NCBI GenBank assembly: GCA_040756235.1
Contig: JBFLZG010000032.1
Span: forward strand, 1 to 20,160
Source: a bacterium
GTDB taxonomy: Bacteria; Desulfobacterota; DSWW01
Reading direction: 5' to 3'
DNA: 20,160 bases
Shown one piece after another: positions 1 to 7,156 of this stretch (position 1 is its first letter; every line of letters starts with the position of its first letter). The notes below the pieces were generated by a model, which saw nothing but the letters and a program-made list of their open reading frames with translations, did not search any database and was not told the DNA's origin. A program made the position numbers and the translations under genes.

Positions 1-43
1 TTGCCCTCCTCGGAAAGGATACCTCCCGCGACGGCCTGCTCTA

Positions 44-75
44 CAACAACAAAGGCGCCCAAAATGGCGCCTCCC
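44..75 (-). terminator. Putative intrinsic terminator downstream of intI and the attI candidate
   Basis: Minus strand reads GGGAGGCGCC-ATTTTG-GGCGCCTTT-GTTGTTG: 7-bp AGGCGCC/GGCGCCT stem (53-59/66-72), extendable by G-U pairs, followed by a U-rich tail. Confidence 0.55.
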
Positions 76-98
76 TACCCCTGCCGCGAAGCGGCTTC

Positions 99-117
99 GT
101 CCAACTCTTTATTCAAA
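99..117 (-). mobile_element. attI: Candidate integron attI simple site (L box - 5 bp - R box)
   Basis: Minus strand TTTGAAT-AAAGA-GTTGGAC. GTTGGAC matches the GTTRRRY core. The AAT + 5-nt A-rich spacer + GTT layout resembles attI1 and attI2. It lies about 210 bp 3' of intI. Confidence 0.4.
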
Positions 118-165
118 TGCGAGGACACGACGAATCGGGAATAGCAGACCGAACTTGGCCAACAT

Positions 166-194
166 ATTTATCTAACGATAAACGTTGTTGTCAA
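166..194 (-). promoter_or_regulatory. Possible sigma70 promoter (candidate Pc or leader promoter) firing leftwards
   Basis: Perfect TTGACA at 194-189 in an AT-rich patch. The -10 region is only a weak match (ATAAAT at 17 bp, TAAATA at 18 bp). Confidence 0.35.
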
Positions 195-252
195 GGAGTT
201 TCTTCTTTCCTCGACAGGGACTTGAAACAGAAAGGGAGGGTGTGCTCGAGGG

Positions 253-285
253 GTGATAGGCTGACCGGCTCGGTCAGTCTATCAC
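253..285. repeat. 15-bp-arm inverted repeat (hairpin) 3' of intI
   Basis: GTGATAGGCTGACCG-gct-CGGTCAGTCTATCAC, with 14 Watson-Crick pairs plus one G-T on the + strand. Confidence 0.85.
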
Positions 286-327
286 GGGTTGGAATAAGGA
301 CCTGCAGAAGTTCGGTTTGGGGGTTTG

Positions 328-1320
328 TTAGATCCGGTCGGCGGGGCTCCTGACGCCGTGGCCGCCCCTGTTCAGGACATGGGTGTAAATCATCGTGGTC
401 GATACGTCCCGATGGCCGAGAAGCTCCTGGACGGTCCGGATGTCGTACCCATCCTCCAAGAGGTGGGTCGCAAAGGAATGACGAAGCGTATGGCACGTGA
501 TCCTTTTTGCGATTCCGGCGGCTCGAGACGCGGACTTGAGGGCTCTCTGGATGACCGTTTCATGGAGGTGGTGCCTGTAAGTAAGGCCGGTCCCCGTGTC
601 CGTGTACCTTCGTGTGGCCGGAAACACCCATTGCCAGGCCCACTCCCTGTCTGCATTCGGGTACTTTCGGGCCAGGGCGCCGGGAAGTTTCACCCGGCCG
701 CCTCCGGATTGCAGGTCGGCCTGATGCTGATGTTTGACGAAAACGAGGTGCTCCTGCAGGGTAGCCCTCGCTGCGGCCGGCAGAAGGGTCACGCGATCTT
801 TGTTCCCCTTCCCCTCGCGAACCGTGATCTGCGCATAGCCGAAGTCGATGTCCTTCACTCGTAGCCTCAGACACTCCAGGACGCGCAGCCCTGCGCCGTA
901 AAGGAGCACCGCAATGAGCCACTTGGGCCCTGCGAGGTGCGCCAGGATGCGCCTGATCTCGTCTCGCGTGAGCACCACGGGGAGCCTTTTGGGCCTTTTT
1001 GCATGGACAACGGAATCCAGCCAGTCCAGTTCGATGTGGAGCACTTGCCGGTAGAGGAAAAGGATCGCATGCATGGCTTGATTCTGGGTGGACGCGGCAA
1101 CTTTCTTCCGAACGGCCAGGAATGAGAGAAAGCCTTCCAGTTCGGCCTTCCCCATATCTGCCGGGTGGCGCTTGCCATGGTGGAGAATGTACCGGCGAAT
1201 CCAGTGGACGTAGGCTTCCTCCGTGCGCCTGCTGTAATGGCGCCTCTTCATCTCCTCTCGCACTTGGTCCAGCAGCCTCGGTTTGCGATTCGCAAGGACA
1301 AAGACGGTCCCTGTCTTCAT
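328..1320 (-). CDS. intI: Integron integrase (tyrosine recombinase, IntI family), ~330 aa
   Basis: N-terminus [28 protein letters not shown]; catalytic residues in [30 protein letters not shown]; integron-specific insertion [21 protein letters not shown]...[12 protein letters not shown]. Start trimmed to ATG at 1320 because the track's 5' extension overlaps the cytochrome gene. Confidence 0.96.
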   Translation of the reverse strand: MKTGTVFVLANRKPRLLDQVREEMKRRHYSRRTEEAYVHWIRRYILHHGKRHPADMGKAELEGFLSFLAVRKKVAASTQNQAMHAILFLYRQVLHIELDWLDSVVHAKRPKRLPVVLTRDEIRRILAHLAGPKWLIAVLLYGAGLRVLECLRLRVKDIDFGYAQITVREGKGNKDRVTLLPAAARATLQEHLVFVKHQHQADLQSGGGRVKLPGALARKYPNADREWAWQWVFPATRRYTDTGTGLTYRHHLHETVIQRALKSASRAAGIAKRITCHTLRHSFATHLLEDGYDIRTVQELLGHRDVSTTMIYTHVLNRGGHGVRSPADRI

Positions 1321-1336
1321 GGCGCCCTGTGGTTGT

Positions 1337-1352
1337 CTGTACGCATTTCCGG
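1337..1352. promoter_or_regulatory. Degenerate LexA (SOS)-like box just upstream of intI
   Basis: CTGTACGCATTTCCGG = CTG-N10-CGG, one mismatch from CTG-N10-CAG, 16 nt before the intI ATG. SOS boxes are common in integron integrase promoters. Confidence 0.3.
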
Positions 1353-1441
1353 GTAGGTGACTGCCCCTTCCTATGTGGAGGAAGCAATCTTCATTCCTTG
1401 AGGCATGGAAGCGGGAGCCGTTCCCCGCGGGCGGAGTCAGA

Positions 1442-2014
1442 TCAGGGGATGGCCTGGACGGAGCGGTGGTAGTCGCCGGACGGAACGGGGCCTTCCTTTC
1501 CGGTGCGGACGCCCAGTGAGCGGATCCAGTTGATGAGGTGCCAGCGGTCTTGCACCGAGACCGTATAGGCGAGGGGCGGTTGCCGTCCGAAGCCATAGCT
1601 GATGGAGCGGAAAAGGGAGTCGTCGGCACCCTGCTGTACCGGGGGCGACATGAGGTCGGTCGGCAGCGGATAAAAGCTCTGGCCCACGATGCCGTCGCCG
1701 TTGTACCTGGAGCCGTGGCACTGGATGCAGTAGTACTCGTAGCAGAGCGCGCCCCGCTGGATCGATTCCGGGCCGGACGGCACCGGGTTCTTCAGGCTGC
1801 CTTTCGGGGCAAGCCGGTAGGTGTTTTCTCCGCCACCGGCCGGGACCGCGGAGAGGACCACGTCGGGCATCTTGGTTTCGTAAGGCCTGATCGACTCCTG
1901 GTCCTTCATGCGTTCGTATTTGACCGCATTGTCGTAGACGTCGAACGGATTGCATCCGCTCGCCGCAAGCGCTGCTGTCAGACTGAGGAGAACAATGACG
2001 CGAGGCCGATTCAT
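1442..2014 (-). CDS. actE: Monoheme c-type cytochrome lipoprotein, ActE-like, 190 aa
   Basis: Lipoprotein signal ending AASG-C; M..Q..IRPYE segment; LKNP...RG..Y..CIQCHG...GDG.VG; C-terminal helix [12 protein letters not shown]. Located in an ACIII operon. Confidence 0.8.
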   Translation of the reverse strand: MNRPRVIVLLSLTAALAASGCNPFDVYDNAVKYERMKDQESIRPYETKMPDVVLSAVPAGGGENTYRLAPKGSLKNPVPSGPESIQRGALCYEYYCIQCHGSRYNGDGIVGQSFYPLPTDLMSPPVQQGADDSLFRSISYGFGRQPPLAYTVSVQDRWHLINWIRSLGVRTGKEGPVPSGDYHRSVQAIP

Positions 2015-2214
2015 TTCCCCTTCTCCATGGAATAGGCGGACTGGCCGGGCACGTCCGGCACGGCGCCGAAATCCCAGTCTGCCGGGCCCCTGTCTCCTAC
2101 GGTAAGGAAGACGATGGCGCCGTAGGTCAGGATGAAGGCGCAGATGAGGAGGACGATCGTCCAGCTCAGGATGCGTTCCCGCTTGTCGGTCCGTTGTTCA
2201 GGTGCATCGGCCAT
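2011..2214 (-). CDS. Small single-TM membrane protein, 67 aa (unknown; probable complex subunit)
   Basis: One hydrophobic helix, then GDRGPADWDFGAVPDVPG; GAGAGG RBS; stop overlaps the actE start by 4 bp (ATGA). Confidence 0.75.
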   Translation of the reverse strand: MADAPEQRTDKRERILSWTIVLLICAFILTYGAIVFLTVGDRGPADWDFGAVPDVPGQSAYSMEKGK

Positions 2215-2273
2215 GGCGAAAGCCTCTCAAATTTGATGGAGCGGGCGGACTCTTGACGGCCCACCGTACCAGG

Positions 2274-2304
2274 GAGGTTGCCGCGTCGCCGCGCTCCTCG
2301 CAAC
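2274..2304. repeat. Half copy of an intergenic palindromic repeat (related to 12402-12490)
   Basis: GAGGTTGCCGCGTCGCCGCGCTCCTCGCAAC aligns with the right arm GGGGTTGCTTCGGTCGCCTGCGGCTCCCTCGCAAT of the 12402-12490 element. Confidence 0.55.
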
Positions 2305-2313
2305 ATTCGGGTG

Positions 2314-2595
2314 TCAGCCGATCTTCATGCCGCTCAGGGCTACCCAGGCCGTTGCCGCAAGGATGTAGACCGCGATCCCCAGATAGAGCCACTTCAGCAT
2401 CAGCGGCACTCCGGGTTCCCCATGCCCGGCGTGCTCGACATGCTCTGTCTCCAGCGGCTCCTCGGGAGTCTTGGGGGCCGGCTTCTCGTACTTTCGAACC
2501 GAGTAATAGATGATGGCGGCAAGCAACAGCAATCCGATGAGGATGAAATAGGTGATGAGGACCGCGAGCCTGCCGTAGAGATCGAAGTAGAACAT
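2314..2595 (-). CDS. Small two-TM membrane protein, 93 aa; possible CcoP/FixP N-terminal-anchor-like (or CcoQ-like) subunit
   Basis: ATG at 2595; TM - acidic/His linker (EEPLETEHVEHAGHGE) - PGVPLMLKWLYLGIAVY TM, resembling the E..NPxPxW..LF segment of CcoP N-termini; no CxxCH. Confidence 0.7.
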   Translation of the reverse strand: MFYFDLYGRLAVLITYFILIGLLLLAAIIYYSVRKYEKPAPKTPEEPLETEHVEHAGHGEPGVPLMLKWLYLGIAVYILAATAWVALSGMKIG

Positions 2596-2614
2596 GCGAA
2601 TGCCCCTGACGCCT

Positions 2615-2878
2615 TCAGCCGGCAAGGAGTATGAAAACCACGCCCACGATCTGCAGCAGCAGAGCGCAGACGATCAGCACCACGGAGACCACCATGGACC
2701 TCGGCCACTTGGCCGTCGCTGCGCTCGCGGCCCTGAGCTCATCCGCAGCCAGGGGCAGGTAGCGCGCCCGGTCCTGCTCCAGGAACTGGCCGCTCCGGAT
2801 CGCCCAGTAGAAGGCCATGGCGCAGATCGCGATGCCTCCGAAGACATACAGCAGAAAGAAAGGATAGAAGACGGTCAT
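2615..2878 (-). CDS. ccoS: cbb3-type oxidase assembly protein CcoS/FixS-like, 87 aa, with an extra C-terminal TM
   Basis: TM helix followed by FYWAIRSGQFLEQDRA (the CcoS WA..SGQF motif); ATGA overlap with the upstream gene. Confidence 0.8.
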   Translation of the reverse strand: MTVFYPFFLLYVFGGIAICAMAFYWAIRSGQFLEQDRARYLPLAADELRAASAATAKWPRSMVVSVVLIVCALLLQIVGVVFILLAG

Positions 2879-3867
2879 TTCGGACTAGCTCCCGGTGGCG
2901 TGGCGGGCGGCTTCTCAGTCTCCTCCGTTCGGAGCCGCCCCTCATAGGCGGCGTCGATGCCCCTGGGCTCCTGGTCCGCATCGGTCACGCCGATGAAGTA
3001 GACGGCCACGTAGTTGCCCACGTCCCAGATCTTCTCCGATTCCAGCTCCCGCTTGAAGTACGGCATGGCGGTGCCGGTGATGCCGTTCATGATCTGGTAG
3101 TACAGGATCCCGCCGGAGATCTCGCGGTCGGTGAGGATCGTGAAGTTGAAAGGCGGCGGATAGATGCGCGGCGCCGCCGGCCCCATCCCGTCGCCCACCT
3201 TGCCGTGGCAGCCGATGCAGAAGCCCTGGTAGATCCTCCTGCCCCTCTCCAGGCCTGCCCTGGAGGTCGGATAGGGATTGGGCAGCTTGCGCCACGGTTC
3301 CGGCACGTGGCTGTTGAGCCACTCCAGGTTTGCGTCGGTCCCGGCCTCGAAGGCGCGGATCGCCTCCTCCTTCCACTTGCGCTGCCGTTCCACCCGGTAG
3401 TCGGCGTCCTGGTAGCCCAGGCCCTGCACATAGGCGATGAGGGACTTGGTCTGGTCCTGCGCCAGGAAGGCGAAGGGCGGCATGATGGATTCCGGCCGCG
3501 TGTGGCGCGGGTTGTGGAAGTGCGCCACGTGCCAGTCGTCCGGGTGCTCCCCGCCCTCCTGGGAGAGGTCCGGTCCGGTGCGCTCGCTCCCGAGCAGGTG
3601 CGGCTGCTCGGCCACGTAATCGCCGGACTGGGCGATGCGCTCGGCGCCCAGGTCCCAGTCCTGCCGGCGCACGTACTGCGAGTGGCACAGGGTGCAGCCG
3701 TTGGCGATATAGATTGCGCGTCCCGCCTCTTCGATCTCCGTCCTGGGCCGGTGGATGTCCGAGGGTTTCTCCGAAATCGTGACTCCCGGGGTGATCACCG
3801 CCACCGCCACCACCGCCGCGAACACCAGGAGGCTGCCCCCGATCAGGACGTCAGGGCTCATTCTCAT
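2875..3867 (-). CDS. ccoO: cbb3-type oxidase subunit II (CcoO/FixO) fused to a second class I cytochrome c domain, 330 aa
   Basis: N-terminal TM; GRAIYIANGCTLCHSQYVR...LGSERTGPDL...WHVAHFHNPR...SIMP (FixO signature); second domain NPYP..LERGRRIY..CIGCHG..GDG.GP...GITGTAMP. Start overlaps the ccoN stop (TGATG) after GGAGG. Confidence 0.9.
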   Translation of the reverse strand: MRMSPDVLIGGSLLVFAAVVAVAVITPGVTISEKPSDIHRPRTEIEEAGRAIYIANGCTLCHSQYVRRQDWDLGAERIAQSGDYVAEQPHLLGSERTGPDLSQEGGEHPDDWHVAHFHNPRHTRPESIMPPFAFLAQDQTKSLIAYVQGLGYQDADYRVERQRKWKEEAIRAFEAGTDANLEWLNSHVPEPWRKLPNPYPTSRAGLERGRRIYQGFCIGCHGKVGDGMGPAAPRIYPPPFNFTILTDREISGGILYYQIMNGITGTAMPYFKRELESEKIWDVGNYVAVYFIGVTDADQEPRGIDAAYEGRLRTEETEKPPATPPGASPK

Positions 3868-5279
3868 CACGCCACCTCCTCGGTCCGGTGCGGCATCACC
3901 GGTGTCTGCTCTTCCCGGGCTGCCGCCTGGAGGCTGCGGACGACGTTGTAGAGGCCGATGCAGGCGCCGGTCACGATCAGGGCCCCGACCATCACGCGCG
4001 TCACGTTGTACACGAACATGGAAGGCAGCACCCGGTAGACCGTCTCCCCGTGGAACCAGGCGTGACCCTGGACGAGGCCGGCAATCGTGAGGACCACCAT
4101 CATGCCCGAAACGCCCATGAGCATGAGCCAGTACTGCATGACCGCCAGCCCGCGCGAGTGGATCGGCCGCCCGGTGATGCCGGGCAAAATGAAGTAGAAG
4201 GTCCCGAACGCGATCATGCCCACGAAGCCGAGGACCGCCAGGTGGGAGTGGGCCGGGATCCAATTGGTGAAGTGCGTGATGCGCTGCACCACGGGCAGCG
4301 ACTGGAACGGCCCCTGGATGCAGACGATGAGATAGAGGATCGTGCCGACGAACACGAACCGGGCCGCGATGTCCTGCGTGACCGCCGCGATCCGCCCCTT
4401 GGCGGTCATCCACAGGTTCACGAGCACCGTGGCGACCGGGATGATCATGGCGATGCTGTCGACGATGGCGATGAGCTTGAGCCAGGTCGGCGCCGGCGCC
4501 TGCAGCAGGTGATGGGTGCCGATGTGCGTATACATCACGAGCAGGCTCCAGAAGCCGATGAGCGACAGCGTGTGGCTGTACAGCGGCGCCCCGGCCGCCT
4601 TGGGGATCACGTAGTAGGCGGCGCCCACGGCCAGGGGCGTCATCATGAGGCCGAGGACGTTGTGGCCGTAGAACCAGTGGATCACCGCGTCGGGCATGCC
4701 GTGGAGCGCCCCCTTCCACGGCACCCACATGACGTTGCCGATGACGTAGGTGGCGGCCGAGAGGAACAGCCCGCCCACGAAGTACCAGTTGGTCACGTAG
4801 AGGATCTTCTCCCTGCGGTCCATCACGGTGCGGGTGAAGTTGTAGAGCATGAGCAGGAAGGCGGCGGTGATGCCGATGTCCGCCGGCCAGGCGAGCTCGG
4901 CGTACTCCCTGGACTGGGTGTGGCCCAGGCTCAGGGCGCCGACGCCTGCGATCAGGGAGAGGTCCCAGACGGCGAGCGAGACCAGACCCACTTTTTCGCT
5001 GTGCAGGGGCGTCTTGAGCAGCACCGGCGTGATGTAGTGGGCCGCGCCGATCAGCATGGTCACGACGAAGCCGAACATGACCAGGTTGGTGTGCATGGCG
5101 CGCAGCCGGCCGAACATGATCCAGGGGATGTTGCCCAGCAGGTCCGGGGCGATCAGCTCGGTGCCGCCGATGAGCCCGAACGTGGCGCCGATCACCGTGA
5201 ACCCGGCGGCGCTCAGCATGTAGCCCAGGGCCGTGGTGTGGCGCTCTGCCTTGGCTTCGAGTTGAATCACGTTCGCCAT
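3867..5279 (-). CDS. ccoN: Heme-copper oxidase subunit I, C family (cbb3-type CcoN), 470 aa
   Basis: About 12 hydrophobic segments; six His ligands in RLRAMHTN, HWFYGHN, GTHHL, AHSHL; helix-VII cross-link Tyr in FWSLLVMYTHIGTHH, as in the C family. Confidence 0.92.
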   Translation of the reverse strand: MANVIQLEAKAERHTTALGYMLSAAGFTVIGATFGLIGGTELIAPDLLGNIPWIMFGRLRAMHTNLVMFGFVVTMLIGAAHYITPVLLKTPLHSEKVGLVSLAVWDLSLIAGVGALSLGHTQSREYAELAWPADIGITAAFLLMLYNFTRTVMDRREKILYVTNWYFVGGLFLSAATYVIGNVMWVPWKGALHGMPDAVIHWFYGHNVLGLMMTPLAVGAAYYVIPKAAGAPLYSHTLSLIGFWSLLVMYTHIGTHHLLQAPAPTWLKLIAIVDSIAMIIPVATVLVNLWMTAKGRIAAVTQDIAARFVFVGTILYLIVCIQGPFQSLPVVQRITHFTNWIPAHSHLAVLGFVGMIAFGTFYFILPGITGRPIHSRGLAVMQYWLMLMGVSGMMVVLTIAGLVQGHAWFHGETVYRVLPSMFVYNVTRVMVGALIVTGACIGLYNVVRSLQAAAREEQTPVMPHRTEEVA

Positions 5280-5298
5280 GACGGCTCCCTGGAACGGA

Positions 5299-5880
5299 TC
5301 AGTTGTGGCAGGCCATCCAGCACGAGAGGTTCGCGTTGTTCCTGCGGTGGCACTGCAAGCAGAAGCCCATCTGGAATTGATGATGGGGCAGCCGGTCGAG
5401 CGTCTGCACCGCCCCGTGGCACTCCGCGCAGTCGAAGCCCCTGAGAATGTGCGGCTGGTGCCGGAACTGCACGTGGTCGGCGGTGAGGAATACGCGCTTC
5501 CAGGGCACGGACTCGCCGGTATCGTAGTACTGGTGCTCTTTCAGGATCTCCGGATGCTGGCGGATGATGTAGTTGTGGCAGAACAAGCACTTGCCCACTT
5601 CCGGCACGCCCGCCCGCGCCGACGCCTCGACGAAGGGGTGGCAGAAGCGGCAGTTGATCTTCTTGACCCCCGCGTGGAGCCGGTGCGAGAACGGGATGGG
5701 CTGCGCCGGTCCGATACCTGTGTGCATCATGCGCATGTAGAAGGATCCGAATACGGCCGTGATCGCGGCAAACGCCAACAGAAGGACCAAGGCGCCGGCA
5801 CGGACCCGGCCGCCGCACCCGCCTGCCGGCGCCCGCATCCTTTCACGCCCGACTTCCTCCAGGCTCCCGTCAAGCCGCAT
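5299..5880 (-). CDS. actA: Membrane-anchored pentaheme cytochrome c, ActA/QrcA-like (alternative start 5838)
   Basis: One TM, then QPIPFSHRLHAG, CRFCH, CLFCH, PWKRV...DHVQFRH..H, CAECH, MGFCLQCH and terminal CWMACH; GGAGAGG upstream of ATG 5880. Confidence 0.88.
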   Translation of the reverse strand: MRLDGSLEEVGRERMRAPAGGCGGRVRAGALVLLLAFAAITAVFGSFYMRMMHTGIGPAQPIPFSHRLHAGVKKINCRFCHPFVEASARAGVPEVGKCLFCHNYIIRQHPEILKEHQYYDTGESVPWKRVFLTADHVQFRHQPHILRGFDCAECHGAVQTLDRLPHHQFQMGFCLQCHRRNNANLSCWMACHN

Positions 5881-7156
5881 CGCGGGCCTCTCCGATCTCG
5901 CCGGCAGGGTCCAGGACCGGGTCATGCAGCACCACCGCCGGCACGCGCGCCATGAAGCTGAAGAAGGTCAGCCCCAGCAGTCCCAGAAAGCCCAGGGTGA
6001 GCAGCACCTCGAAGGCTCCGAAGCCGATGGCCGCCGAGCCCCCTATGGAAGGGCCGATGAGCAGGAACCGCTCCATCCACATGGCCGCCAGCACCGCGCC
6101 TCCGAAGACCAGCATGGGACCCGAGCGCTTCTTCAGCCCGGCCCGCAACGAGGCCACCAGGGGCAGGAGGAAGCAGAGCAGGAGCACCAGGATGCCCACG
6201 TACCGCCACGGGGTATCGTGCAGACGGTCGATCACGAAGGAGGTCTCGAACGGCAGATTGCCGTACCAGATGACAAACAACTGGGTGTAGAAGAAATCGC
6301 CGGTCACGATACCGAAGGCCATGCACAATTTGGCGATGTCGTGAAGGTGGCGCGGCTGGATGGCTGCGTAGAGGCCGAACTGCCGGCGCGTCCAGATCAC
6401 GGCCACGAGCAGCGCTGCCAGAGACGTGTAGAAGCTGCCGACGAAGTAGTAGGCGCCGATCAGTGTGGAGTACCACTTGGCTTTGAGCGACATGATGAGG
6501 TCGACGCCAAGGACCGTGAGGACGAGGGCGAAGGCGATCGTGTAGACGGGTGAGAGAATCACGAGGCGGCGTCCGGCGGCCGCTCCTTCGTGAGCGGCCC
6601 CCTTGCTGTTTCGCGCCAGCAGGCGCGCAAGTGCCCCGGTCGGCCTCTGTCCGCTCTCGAGCGCATAGGTGAAGTCAGAGCGCAGCGAGAGATAGATGAT
6701 GTACAGCCCGAGGATCGCCAGGAGCGCCAGCCCCGCCAGGTTGCGTACCACCAGGAAATCGAGGTCGAGCCACCAGGCCGGGCCGTAGGGATGCTTGACC
6801 CAGGGCAGGATGTCGTCCAGCCCGGGAATCATGAGGGCGAACAGGAGGAGGGAGACGGGCAGGAACAGGCCCAGCCCCTCGGCCGCGCGCTTCACGTTGC
6901 GGCCCCAGGCGCCGGAAGCCATGTTGAGGACGCAGGTGAAGAGGAGCCCGCCCGTGCCGATCCCGGTGAAGAACAGGAAGTTCACGAGATAGATGCGCCA
7001 CGCCCGCACCGGGTCCGCCTGCACGCCCAGGTACAGGGTCACGGCCCCGGCGATCGCGAGCAGGCCGCACAAGCTCGCAGCGGCCGCGTGCGCGCGGCTT
7101 CTTGCACCCCCTCCGCCGAGCGCGGCGTGCTTCAGGGCGGACTCAGGCACGTTCAT
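5870..7156 (-). CDS. actF: NrfD/PsrC-family membrane protein, ActF-like, 428 aa
   Basis: Polytopic; YLVNFLFF, W..NVKRAAE, WLDLDF..RN, DLIMSL..KWYST, HLHDIAKL, TQLFVIWYGNLPFET, WMERF. ATG at 7156 after GAGG, overlapping the end of actD. Confidence 0.85.
   Translation of the reverse strand: MNVPESALKHAALGGGGARSRAHAAAASLCGLLAIAGAVTLYLGVQADPVRAWRIYLVNFLFFTGIGTGGLLFTCVLNMASGAWGRNVKRAAEGLGLFLPVSLLLFALMIPGLDDILPWVKHPYGPAWWLDLDFLVVRNLAGLALLAILGLYIIYLSLRSDFTYALESGQRPTGALARLLARNSKGAAHEGAAAGRRLVILSPVYTIAFALVLTVLGVDLIMSLKAKWYSTLIGAYYFVGSFYTSLAALLVAVIWTRRQFGLYAAIQPRHLHDIAKLCMAFGIVTGDFFYTQLFVIWYGNLPFETSFVIDRLHDTPWRYVGILVLLLCFLLPLVASLRAGLKKRSGPMLVFGGAVLAAMWMERFLLIGPSIGGSAAIGFGAFEVLLTLGFLGLLGLTFFSFMARVPAVVLHDPVLDPAGEIGEARDAA

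Noticed and set aside
1321..1629. N-terminal extension of IntI in the ORF track
   Set aside because: Overlaps actE in another frame and is low complexity; IntI similarity begins just after Met at 1320.
3868..4728. N-terminal 287 aa of the 617-aa ORF 2875-4728
   Set aside because: Arg/Pro/Gly-rich out-of-frame overlap with ccoN; the real ccoO start is at 3867 after GGAGG.
3867..5279. Nitric oxide reductase (NorB) interpretation
   Set aside because: No HLWVEG motif; YGHN, the helix-VII Tyr and adjacent ccoO/ccoS indicate a C-family O2 reductase.
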